NCBI GenBank assembly: GCA_002633005.1
Contig: NMRA01000026.1
Span: 152,395-191,227, forward strand
Reading direction: 5' to 3'
DNA length: 38,833 bases
DNA from: Phoronis australis
Lineage: Eukaryota > Animalia > Phoronida
This document shows, piece by piece, positions 11,990-24,837 of the stretch. The notes beneath the pieces were generated by a model. It ran no database searches. It was not told where the DNA came from and saw nothing but the letters and a program-made list of their open reading frames with translations. Both the position numbers and the translations under genes were made by a program. Position 1 is the stretch's first letter; every line of letters begins with the position of its first letter.

Positions 11990-14900
11990 GTAAGAAAATT
12001 AGGAACTTTCAAGCAAGTCTGGCATGAAACAAATATTTTCCTCACATTTAAACGCGAACTGCTTGTTCGTGGATATCTGTCCTTAGGGTTAGATGACTTA
12101 GAATCGAGCAAATAATAGACGCGCTTACAATCAAAAATATTGACAAATAACTCATCATTGAGGTTATATATACATGTAAATGTGTTTCAAAATGCGTTTA
12201 CAATTACTTTTTCCAACACTTCAAACATTTTACTCCAAACTTTCGCAAAAACCGATTAAAGAGTTCCCACCATGACCCTGTGTCTCAAAAAGGAATTTTA
12301 TTATTACATCCTAACAGATTTAATAGCCTTTAGTACACCTGTTGCTACGAAACAATCTAAAAATTTTAAAAATATATATTTTCTGTTACCGAGTTTGTAC
12401 GCAATGGGTGGAAGACCGCCTCAGCCGTTGTTGTTTTACCAGTGCGATACTGTGGAGTTGTGAAGAAAGTCCGCGGGGAGCCGTCTTTTTCAGACATGAA
12501 AAGGTGCGTTTGTGGAAACTGTGGTAACAACAACTTGACTGTGAACGTCTTTGTGTTCAAATTTCCTAAATACGTGAAAGTTGCACAGAAATGGCATCGG
12601 TTTGTCATGGGCGGCGCACCATAGGGGCCTGGGGTAGGGCTATAGCCCCCCACTTTTTCAGGGCTAAGCCGCCCATGGTCTATAGGCGGTGCAACACAGG
12701 AGGGCTGGGGGGGGGAGTTTAGCCCCCACTTTTTCAGTGCTGCGCCACCCATGATTGTGCGCCGAACAAGAGTGTGGAGTGTCAGTGTGGAACATGAGAT
12801 TCAGTTTGGCGTAAGCCACACTTTGATCGGCACATTTCAAAGAATCGTGTTTCGACCACACACATAAGCGGCGTTACAATGAAGGACTCACCACCAAGTA
12901 AGTTTTGTAAATCACGAACAAACTGCTTCCATTCTAGGGCGAGTGATGCCAGGCCCTGGACCCCGGCCGAGATCGAGTGCTACTACAAGTAGGCTTATGC
13001 ATATTGTGTTTAGACTGTGCTCATTCCATCACGGCAATAGTGAATACGAGTAACCCAGGTTGGCTGTGGCCTTTGTCAGTAATTATTAAGTGTCTATTTT
13101 GTGAGTAGTGACCACCACTTGGTAGAGTTGGTTGTGGCTCACATATGTCATTTTTCGTGCAAGTGGGTCGAGTTCATACGGCCTGAAACCCGACGAAAGT
13201 TCGCTAAATGGGAAATCGAATTCATTGTCTGATTCTTCAAGTACTTGAGTATAAGTGCCCGTATCCACTCTCCTCTCTGTCTGCATAATCATTGTCCAAT
13301 TCTCGCCTAATATTGTCATTGTCTTCTGACCTGCAGATGATTGTCAAGCGGCCAACCGTCTTCCACCCATTGCATCATATGGCGGGAAACTTAGAAATAA
13401 GTCATTTTTCTTCAAAATTAAAAAAGTTGCCACTATTTGGCATAAAAAGTGCCTATTTAGCAAGATTTTATGGAATTCGATTCATATTAGCTAACTGAAA
13501 CCTGAAAAAGTAAGAAAATGCATGGTGGGAACTCTTTAATGGGAGACAATCTAAGAATTGTACTATGACACTTGGCTTACCTTGACATGTACCTGCAGCT
13601 TAATGGTTTGATTATCATGCACCTTCAGCAGAATTAATGGACAACATATTATTGCAACATAAAACAAATGCTTTAGGTAGTAAAAGTCTCCTTAATTGCA
13701 AAAGTTTCAAAATTCAAAAAACATAATCACTTGTGCTTCTCATGAACTATTCAAATATGCGAACTTTCAAAACTAAAATATAAAAATGCTACAGTTACAC
13801 CTATTGCGTTTGTTATGAGCTCATTATCTAGAGAACGATGACGTCATCAGCCCGAAGCAATTCAAGTAACACCAACAGCATGGTGTCTTTGATCTTAATC
13901 GGCAAATTACGTGGTGCCCAACACGGTTGCGCTGCCCAGTGTGGACCAGATAGGGCGTCAACGTAGGAATCTTAAGAGAAATTTTCCAGTATTGTATGTG
14001 AGCCAATACTGATACACTCAACCTAAATAGGACAAAAAGGCGTCACATGTCTTTGGACGATTGATACATATACCTCCTCAAAATCTAGGTCATGTTGCTA
14101 TGTGAAACCACGAGCAGGTAACCTAACTTGATATTCACCATTAGTTCTGTCGGGTTGGGTATCTACCCTAAGACTCACGTACAACACACTAGTGTTCGAC
14201 CAGATGGTAATTGATCTTATTCACAATTGCCATTTATATTGGAGTTTGGTGTTCTTCAATGGTAGCACTAAGCATCCGTATGGATTTAAGGCTTGGCAGG
14301 GCTTCAAAGTAGGAACTGTATGGTACCACAGGTCTCTGGTGACATTGCCAACACTCTCATATCAGACGACGAGTTGAATTCAGCGACAACAAGCTTATTG
14401 ATAGAAAGTTTTAGTACTTGGAGGTAGTTTGCTGTGTCTTTCTGACGAACTCATTTTTAACTCTGCACATGATCTCATACTTCTTATATCTAATAAACGC
14501 ATTTGTCATGTCATGTAAATGACCGTATACCGTAGATCACATTCCTTCCCGAGCAGATCTTCTATGTTGGTACATACGTTTCTCGAGAGGTTACTCAGTC
14601 TCTTCCACACAGAGTTGATGACGTCACCTCCCTGCAGTGGCTACAATGAACCACACCACCAATGTGATCTTCCTCTTCTTTGTTTTTACGGTGCACCAAA
14701 ATTATGTCAACTGTATAAATTGATTCATGTGTCACTCAGGTACTACCTGGTGACCTAACTGACCACAAATCGGTATTTCTGAAACATTTGAACAAACTAA
14801 TGAGTTTAGCGAAAAATGTTGAGATCTTGTGCAGCGACAAAACATTGACAGAGGGCCACAGGAGGCTATTTACATCCAAGTCGAACCTCTGCATGGAATG

Positions 14901-17900
14901 ACAGTGTTGGCAACGTATCCAGACAAAGAAGATCTCACGTGGCCGGAGTTCCCGCCACTAGTAGCAGTCAACATCATTCTAAGGAGACGTCTCCGAGTAT
15001 CCAAGGATAAGGTGCACGCGTAATCGAGATGAACTGGTACGAGTCGCAATAGTGTGCATCTCATTGATCGCTCAAGGACTACATTTATCACATTACAAGA
15101 TCTCTTGCTTTTTCTATCACTGCAGGAATATCTAAGTTCACGCCCGGCTCACTGGGAAAAATTGGTATTCGGGTGCTGGTCTACTACATATCGACAACAG
15201 TCATCGCCACTATACTGGGAATAGTATTGGCCTTGGCAACTCGACCCGGCAGTAAAAGCGAAAAACATGCTGAAATGGACGTCCATCTGATTGATTCTTC
15301 CAAGTCATTGGACGCCCTGGATGCTTTTCTGGACGCGATAAGGTAAGCTGATAACCAAAGATGCGGTACACGCCCGCCTCCCAATTCCCCCTCTGACCTC
15401 ACCCAGCTAACTCCCCCACAAAAGCGGGGTATAACATTGGACAGACCGTAGGGTAGAGGACACAGTTTATTCCTCCTTTGCAGCAGGAAATCCTCTGGGT
15501 GACGATTATGCCCGGACCCCTCCATGTTTCGTCGAATAATACCCTTATTTCATACCACATACGTCTTGATACGAACCGTGTCACCATTGTCACGTGACCA
15601 AAACTGAACTACTTTCTACGTCTGGAAGATCAAAGTTTCGACCAAATTAACCAGTATATAAGCTGAATAGATTACAAGAACTTACGTTTACTACAAGCTT
15701 GAAAAACTAAACAAACGCAATACACTGGAGAGCGTTTGATAATTAAAATCGCAACTTTTCCTCACAATAAACGAACATTGTTTGCCACTTGGCCTTCGTT
15801 GTCACTCCTCCCTCAAACTCGACTGTTCACGACAGCTTGTAAACAAAGACGGCGAAACTGATCATTGTAATCTTCACAGTGATAGCTACAAAAGCTTTCT
15901 GTTTTCATTATTTTGTGGTGTAAAACAACAAAATAACAGTAGTTATGTCCAATCAAACGCAATCAAAACCTTTTGTTCATATTAACACCTTATTGGTAAG
16001 TCAACAGGATTTGTCTGCCTTCAGTCCGGGACCGAAGCCAAAAACCAAGAAGCATCAAAGTACTTCAATTCGATATTACGAATGACCCTTGCTATTGAGT
16101 GAAACGAGGGTAAACTGAAAATTGGTGACAATTCTAATGGGGAGAGCTAGATTTGGAGGCGTTGTCAAAGTGTGAGGTAGCTATTGAAAGACATGGGGAC
16201 CAAGTTGACGAACTAGAAATCCAAAAATTCACGGAATTGAAAAAACGAAAACGCCAAGAAAAAAAACAATACGCGAGTTACATCAACAATTTTGAAACCT
16301 GGCTTTTCTGTGTCGTTGCATTCCTACGCGTATTGGCCAAAGAGGAAGAAATAAGACTCAGTGAAGTATTCGAAATGAGGATTAGATCTGAATATGTGGT
16401 ATACGGTTATTGCATCGTGTGAGTATTTTTACTCAACCTTTTGTTTCGTGAAAATACTCACACCCATATGAGAACACGCGTAGTTTAACACATATTTGCT
16501 AAGACAATCCCGGATTTCATGGAGTTCGACAAAACGAGATACTTGTCTACCGTCAAATTTATGGTTTTAATTTTACCGAGAATTGTATGGATGGTATTGT
16601 TTTGTGACCGAATAAGCCATGATCAGGGTGATTGAAATGTGTATAGTGGGGAATTGTTGAAGTAAATGAAACGAAGATATTAACTGATGGTAGAACAAGC
16701 CAAGATGCAGGTGTTGCAGGGGTAACCTGTGTTACAAACAACGGATGTAGTGTTGTTGATCGGAATCTCCTCTTTACATTGATCTAAGGGACCACGGTAT
16801 CAAGTGTAGACAAATTCATAATCACGATGTGAATGGAAAACGAATGTGAACAGTTGCGTATCGGAAATATTATCTGTTATTCATGTAAAAGGAAACGGGA
16901 ACAATGTTCAGTTCCCAATCACGTTAACTCTCGCGGGATCTTACTTTTATTTTCTACCGTAGTGTAACCAGTTCCGGCGGCGCACTTTACTGGAGTAAGT
17001 TGTATATGCTCTCTTGGGAAACTCTATGCTCCTTTAATTTAAAGGATACTAAACCCCGTTTAGGTGATTTCAACGAATTCTCATTCTGTAACCTGCTAAC
17101 ACATCTCTTAGGCCCCTCTTGGATATTGAAAGCAGGATTCGAGTAAAATTGCATTCTATCTGAGTAAAAAATTGTACATTAGGGCTAGTGGGTGGTCCTT
17201 CCCTACATTTGTCGTGTAACTCGTCTAAAGTGTAGGTATCGTGGGAAAGTCGTGTTCAATACCTGTTGATAATGAAATTCGGGTTCGGTATCCTTTTAAG
17301 ACAATATTTAATAAGAAATTTCTTTCCCTTCGTTTTTAATACTATTTGTCTTCTAAAGTTCAAAGTATGATTTTAACGATTGCTGTGTTCTCTGATCTGC
17401 ACTGTAGAAACTTAGTTCCGGAGAATTTGTTCGAAGCAAACTTTCGGAGCCAGAGGACAACCTACCAAGCAAAGTCACGAAAGCAGAAAGACGATATTGG
17501 CCGACTCGTTATATCCAATAGTTCTGTGGAGAACAGGACGGAAGAAAAAGTTCGAAAGTTGGAATATCAAAATGGGACTAATACTCTCGGTAATTAGTAC
17601 AGGAACATGGTTTTCGTTCCATAATCCTGATTGCTTGCAAAACACTTGCGTTGAGAAATCTTCATATTTGGAAAGAAAACAGGGAGTAGATAATTCCTGC
17701 CAATATACATCTCCAAATATCATTTATGTGTATTACAAGGGCACCATTGTGATTCATCTTTATGCGGCACAAGGTGGCGTACTATCGCAGACAATGTTTG
17801 TGCTCAAGGATTTAACGTTTTAGGAGTGGCATTTTGCCAAGTGTTCTGTAGTACGTTCGGTCGCCTGTCACTTACCTCGTGTATGCGCTATTTTTCCAAA

Positions 17901-20900
17901 CTCGCAAGGTACATGTAATTGCTTTACGGAACGCAAGCCAGACGACTTTGCAAGACTGAAAGCGGTCTTCTGGAAAACATCTTTGAGTTGTATTAAAAAA
18001 AATTCAAGTCCTACCAGTCGCCTTGGCTTTGGTTTTATCTCCATTTTTATCAACTGAAAGCAGTTTCGTGGAAAACATTTTAATGAACTTTTGGTGAATC
18101 TTTGAGTTTTAATTAAAACGATTCAAGTCTTACCAGTCGCCTTGGCTTTGGTTTTATCCCCATTTTTATCAAATAGCTGACCAAAATTTCAAATATATTA
18201 ATGGTCCTTGAAAGCTGCTCAGTTCGTTCTATTAGTGATAACCCATGGTCGAAATTCCAGACTTTATATTTTTGTGCAATCTGAGTCTGGTGTAGGTCTC
18301 TGACGTCTGATTCTTGATTTGTCAATCAATGATAAGATCAGCCTGTTAATCAGCTTTCAAACATATCTTTCTCTTGTGTAGCAGTCAACGTAAACATGGT
18401 CCAGTTCTTAACTGAATAGTCAAAGTCATCAGCTGAACTCCCATGTAAAGATCGGCCACTGTTGTCACGTGACTGACCTATTTTTAATGGAAATCCATGA
18501 GTGCCATTTTCGAGATTCATGGATAGCCACCCCCAATAAAATCGGGAATCTTTTGAAGTAAGGAGGACTTTGAGATCGATTTTATGAAGGCCTAATTCCA
18601 TTTGGGCATGCTACCCTGCAACTTTAAAACAGTTGAAATGAGAGTCATGACGTCACTTGAGGCATAATACAGATGTTCACCCTGCAATGGAAGCTGTGAT
18701 TATGCCCACTGCCTGCGTACCATTCGAGGTCGAAACAAACAAGTAACCCACCCTCATTAGAAAAGCGGGCCGTTCATTGGTGTCTCGTAAGAATTTAATT
18801 AGACAATTCTTCTCTACATCATATTGTGTTGTATAGAGCAATTACGGTATTAGTGATGTCCTCAGGTAATAAAATAGCGAAATTTCAGGGACTGAAACTG
18901 GTACTTTTCCAAAGTGCGGACAGACGTTTCGCTTTGATCGACCAGAGCATCACCAGTGAGGGTGACACTGTCAAACAATATGGTTTATAGTTTTTACTCG
19001 TATTGTTTCATTGATTGTGCCTGGCTCACTGGTGGTTACCAAACTATGCAAAATGCTTTGCCGTCCACGTGCACTGTGGTTCATACTGACTATGGGCGTA
19101 ACCATCGGAGGTGGTGTCCTTTCAATATGGAAAGAACGGATAAAACTTTTACGATTCAATTCATTAACATATCGTAGAGTGAACACATGACAGACGTTTC
19201 TCTTTGTTCCGTCAGCATAATCAACGAGGGTGAAACAAGGCCAAACAATTTGGTTAATAAGGTTTAATAACCATATTGTTGTGTTTAATGGTTTAGTGGT
19301 GGCAACAGAACAAAGCTAATGGTGAACTGTACACGTGCACTATCGCTCGTACTGATTATGAAGGTGGTGCCGTTTCGATACGGAAAAACGACTACAATTG
19401 TGATGATTCAATTTACTATCGGACTGTAGTGTGAATACATCTCAGGCATTTCGCTTTGTTCCGTCACTTAATCAAAGTGGGTGACACGCAGCCAAACAAT
19501 TTGTTTTTTAGTTTTTAAACATACTGTTTCATTTGCAAAGCTCACTGATGAAGGTTACGGAAAACCGAAACATTGTATTGTTTGTATGCATTATTGTTTA
19601 TCCTGACAAAGGGTGTAACCTTCGATGGTGGTTCCATTTCTGACAATGATGCTTTCGTTATTTGCAGGTATCTTATCCTTTACAATAGTTATTAGCATAA
19701 TCATGATCAAAATGAAAACGAGACCGGAAACGACGATAAAATTTTTTTGCGAGATGAACGATGTTATCATGAAGTTGGTCCATCTGATTATGTGGTAAGT
19801 GGATTGTCAGAATATAGTCTGACAGTATTTTAGTTGTATTGTTTTGTTTTGTTATTCTGTTTGATTGGCATGACTCCTGAGTTAAGTACAGTGATGATGT
19901 AATTTGTTTACTACAAAATAGCGTGAAACTTTCTAGAAGACTGAAGTCAGAACAGTGATGATGTAATTTGTTTACTATAGTATAGTGTGGAACTTTCTAG
20001 AAGACTCTTGCATGACAGTGATTAATGCAGTCTGGAATATTCTAGAGACTTACTAGTACATGTTTGTAGAATGATTGGTGGGTCCCAGAAAGTTCTAGAA
20101 TGTGCTTGAATTGATGAAAAGTTCCAGAACAATGCATTAGGCTATAAATACACAAGCACGGGTTTGTGTTAGGCACTTGAGTCCAAGAAGATTAAGTCAG
20201 TGAGATCAAGTCAGTTCAAGTAAGTCAATCAGGAGAACTACAGTTGAGTTGCAGTGAAGAGAGTCAGCAGTTACAGCGATAGTCAATAGAGAGCCAGCTA
20301 TAGAGACAGCAGGTTATTGAATAGACAAGTGTAACAGTTGCTGAACGTGTCTCAGAAGTTCATCACAAGTCAAGGCTTCGCAGTACTGGCTGGAGCATAA
20401 AAAGACATTACGTCGGACGTTTTGTTCGAGTAGGCTTGTGAACGTATGGTCGGGATTAATAAAGGATTAACTCGAACCAGTCTTCAGTCAATCTTCGCAG
20501 CGAAAGCTATTAGCACCGGTCTGTAACAACCTGCGCCCACCCACACACGGGGAAAAACGTGACATGGATTGGTTGTGTTCATACTGCATCTGATCTCAGA
20601 TGCCCCAAAATTATTTCTGCGGATGTGCAAAGATTACACCAGTTTTCATAGAACTCTATCATTACCAAATTAAATGGGGCGCAACCCGCTGGCGGATAAT
20701 TTAGTAGAAATTATCTTTTCTATTCACATTTATTTCCCAAACTATATAAGAAGGCCAGTCTGGGTTAGAACGCCGCATGTCTTTCCTTTACAAAACAATA
20801 AACAATAAACGTATCAGTAACGACAACGTAAAAATAACTTGACCGAGAAAGTGGGATGGGGGAAGGACGTTAGCACAACTTCCGTGCACTCACACTCAAG

Positions 20901-23900
20901 CCGTGTTTATTTGGTAGTAAAAGAGTTTAACAAGTAAACCGTTTATATACATTGAAAATATAGATATAGATACATGCACACTCATTTATCAAATAAACCG
21001 ATATTAGAACTTTTGTGTAAGAGCCCTATATACTAAATATCTACATCTATCTCTTGGACAAAGACGCCATCTGTTGACGGGTTACTTCAGTCTTCTTCGA
21101 TTTCGGTCGCAAAGCATTAAGAATTTTTGGTCGATAACTAGATAACTCTCTTTGACAAAGACGCCATCTGTTGAGCTATCACCTATACATGACAGTATTT
21201 CTTGAATATTTTGTGCAAATTTTTGCCGGATCGACTAAACACCCGTACAAGTGCTCAAAGCGTCTAAAGAAGAACGTGTATGATACCAAGCCTGTTCATC
21301 TTCTGAGTGATCCCGTCGGAGACATGGCTTTCCCAATGAATTTTCAAAAATTGGAATGCGTTATTGTGAAATATATTGTATTGCAGAAGGCTACAATTTT
21401 GACATATGAATTGATTGATATCCGCTTCATTCGCCTGCATGTATGATAATTTTTAAATTTTATTTTCATATTAATGGAATGCCACATTATTTTCACTATA
21501 GGTTTTCTCCCGTGGGCATAATGTCGTTGATAGCAGGGAAATTGATGACAGTTTCTGACCTAGCAACCGTTTCTAGGCAACTTGCCATCTTTACGGCAAC
21601 TACTACCGGAGGCGTCATCACCCATGCTCTCGTGATCTACAGCGCCCTCTACGTCGTGTTCACTCGGAAGAATCCTATTTTGTTTTTTCGAGGAATGAGC
21701 CAAGCTTGTTTGACGGCATTTGCATTAAGTTCCAGGTAATTTGAAAGGGACCCCAAAGTTGCAAGATGCGCCTTATCAAAGGCCAATAATCGTTGCGGTC
21801 AAACTGAAATGAAACATGTTTCCGATTAAGTTCCTGATCACGGATGTACATGTAGCTCAGTCAACGTTTACATTTATAAGTATCAAATTTCCCTCGAAAC
21901 TGTACGGAAAACAATAAAAAATTTTTGCTTACAGCTCTTGTTGTTGCTATGTTGACGTCACCGTTGTTCAGCGTCTGATTCACCGCAGATCTGCTTTCGT
22001 AATCCACCCTGGAGGGTAATGAATTTCTAAAACCGCTCTAAGGTGGTGGCGCGTTACAACTATTATTAAAATCTCTACGGTCTATTTACACCGACCTTTT
22101 GTCTATTTACATTGTCACAACGTTTCTGTCGGTCTATTCTTCGGCCATCTTCAGGTGTTCCTGCGTTCTTAGAAGAAAGAGCACGAATATGTGGTACGTG
22201 GTATGATTTTTGATGATATATTGTCCGAGGAAGGATTTGAACCCACGACTTCTGAAACTACAGATACATTTGAATCCAGCACCTTAACCACTACACCATG
22301 GAGTCATCCAAATCCTTCCTCGTACAATATATAATAAAAAATCACACCATGATGAGTGTACCACATATCCGTGCTCGTTCTTCTAAGTGCGCAGGAACAC
22401 CTGACGATCGCCGGAGAATAGACCGACAGAAACGTTGTGACAATGTAAATAGACAAAAGGTCGGTGTAAATAGACCAAGAGATTTTAATAATAGTTGTAA
22501 CCCTGGAGGTATTCGTCAGTGTTTTTAGGGTGTTGCAACTGGAAACATAAGAGAGAGGACTCGAAAAGAGGGACATGTGTTGTGTTTTGTTGCAGTAACA
22601 TCACCGTGAATTTTGAACCATAAAAACGGGATGCCACTCTCAACCATGAGGTCATCGTTTCCATCGAATTAAAGTTTTCAAAATATAAGTAATGTTGAAA
22701 AATCTTCGGTATTAATTATGGAGTGTTGAAGTCGACAACAATTTTTTGTATGATTTTTGTCAGTAACTGAACTGTTTGTAAGGATTTTGTTCCGAAAAGA
22801 CATCCTTTTGCACAGAAGGCAACTGGTCGTTTAAGTCGCTTATCTGAGCGGCACGTCCTTAATGTATATCTTCGAATTCATCAGAGTATCCTACGAGCTT
22901 CTTACATTGAAAAGGTTACATGTGTCGATGATGTAACTCGCTGTGCTATGTTGTCCCATGATGGTTACATGCTACTTGTCGGAATATTAACATTTTACAC
23001 GTAAATTATGTTAGGAGGTGTGATATACAATGTAAATAGCCAAAAGTTCACAAAACTTCGCCAAAAATGTTGCGAAAGTGAATTTCTAAATGGGTAAAGT
23101 ATGTTTCAAATTGGAAGAAATTACAGTTATGTGGATTTTGTGGTTTGAGGAAAGAATGAAAGTGTTTTGCCTAATTGAATCTTTCTGTTTCTAGTACGCC
23201 CACCATCCCCGCCACGCTGGAGTGTCTTGAGGACAACCTCGGTATAGACCGCAGAGTGACCAGATTCACAGTCCTTATTGGCGCCACTGTGAATATGGAC
23301 GCAACAGCTCTTAACACGGCAGTCTCGACCCTGTTTATTGCACAACTTCACGATATTTCACTGGACGCCGGACAAATTGTCACCATATGGTAAGGAAACA
23401 AGTTCACCAAAGCCTGAGATTAGAAGACTACAAAATTGACCAATAGCGTGACATGGTCTAGTATCACAACAATTTTTATTTTGCATACAGGCAAATACAC
23501 ATCAAAAAGCACAGGAGTGTGTCATTTGGATTTGCCAACGTCCTAAATTACGTGTTGATGTTCACTTTTGTTAATTTTCATTAATTTTTCATTTCATTGT
23601 TTCGTTAAGACTTTTAATTTCTATTGATAACTTTAAGTTTGAAATTTCAAAAAGCGATCTTCAACCGCCCGCCATTTCGTCGATTTTTCTTTCACAAGAC
23701 AGAACACGTCTCCTTATTTGGTATGGCAAGATAGACGTATGAACTGATATGGGAAATGTGGCCTTTGACCTCAAGAGAGGTTAAGAAGCTGACTGTGAGT
23801 TTAAGCTGTATTTATCTTAAGTGGGAGGCTCGTTGGTTCCCTGCGTGCCGCTAGGTGGTGCTGCCTAGGCACGAAGGGAACCAGTGAGAAGTGGGAGGGA

Positions 23901-24803
23901 GATTAAAAACTCTGAGGTCACAACAGAGTTTTTTCTTCGCGCGAATTTCAAAATCTTGAATTTTATGAATTTTTCGGGAAATTTTCTCACAGGGGAAAGT
24001 GAATTACTCTGCACTAAACGTTGCGAGACGGTACTTTCGTTAGGAATTGTTTAAACATATTTTGACGAGCTTTCGTTTTCCATGCCTTTTTAAAAGTATA
24101 CTTATCCCCGTTTTGATGATTTCAATCAATCCTCTTTCTGTCACCCTCTAATACATCATTGGCAAAAAGCAGGAATCTCATAGTTACACCATATCTCACG
24201 GAGATTATACCATCCTTGGTGGGTGATCTTTTTTCACAGTTGCCGTACGTAATTTGCGAAAAGCGTAGGTCACGGGTTGCCGTTTAGCAGTTTCCGGCAC
24301 ATCCGGCAATAATTCATAATCGGGGAAGCGTGGTAGTGTTCTTAAATCCCATAGCACTTCGGTTAAAACTGCACAGTTACAGCTTAAGTTTGGAGAAATG
24401 CAGCACAGACTATTTCATAATAAACGTTCGCTCGAACTCCCAGAATAGTCGCCGGATATCCAGACTAAGACAAGAGGAGATAGTGAAACTATATTTCGAT
24501 ACGTCACATCTTCACTAACACTCGAGGTGCCTAGTCATGTGACCCGTTGTTATTAGTTTTAACGATGTTTCGATTTATTTCGGCCTGAAGATGAGATATT
24601 ACCAGCCTCGAAATGTAGACGTTTTTTAATTAGAGCAATAGACAACACTGCCGTGCATTAATCAAATTCTGCGTACAAGAGGGGGCGCTGCCTGTTTTAA
24701 TAATGTTTAGACAAGCACCCAATTCTTTGTCACAGCATATAGTTGAAAGCAGTATATACATATACATGTACATGTACATGTATATGTATATATGTATATG
24801 TAT

Positions 24804-24837
<34 letters not shown>

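Noticed and set aside
15184-15525. Minus-strand 113-aa ORF (similarly 23127-23351 and 25106-25384)
   Set aside because: Antisense shadows of SLC1 exons.
16153-16422. Lys/Glu-rich 89-aa ORF
   Set aside because: No ATG start and no recognisable domain; probably decayed repeat sequence.
22222-22305. Functional tRNA (Leu/Ser/Sec-like)
   Set aside because: A and B boxes are good, but acceptor and anticodon stems do not pair; treated as a SINE head.
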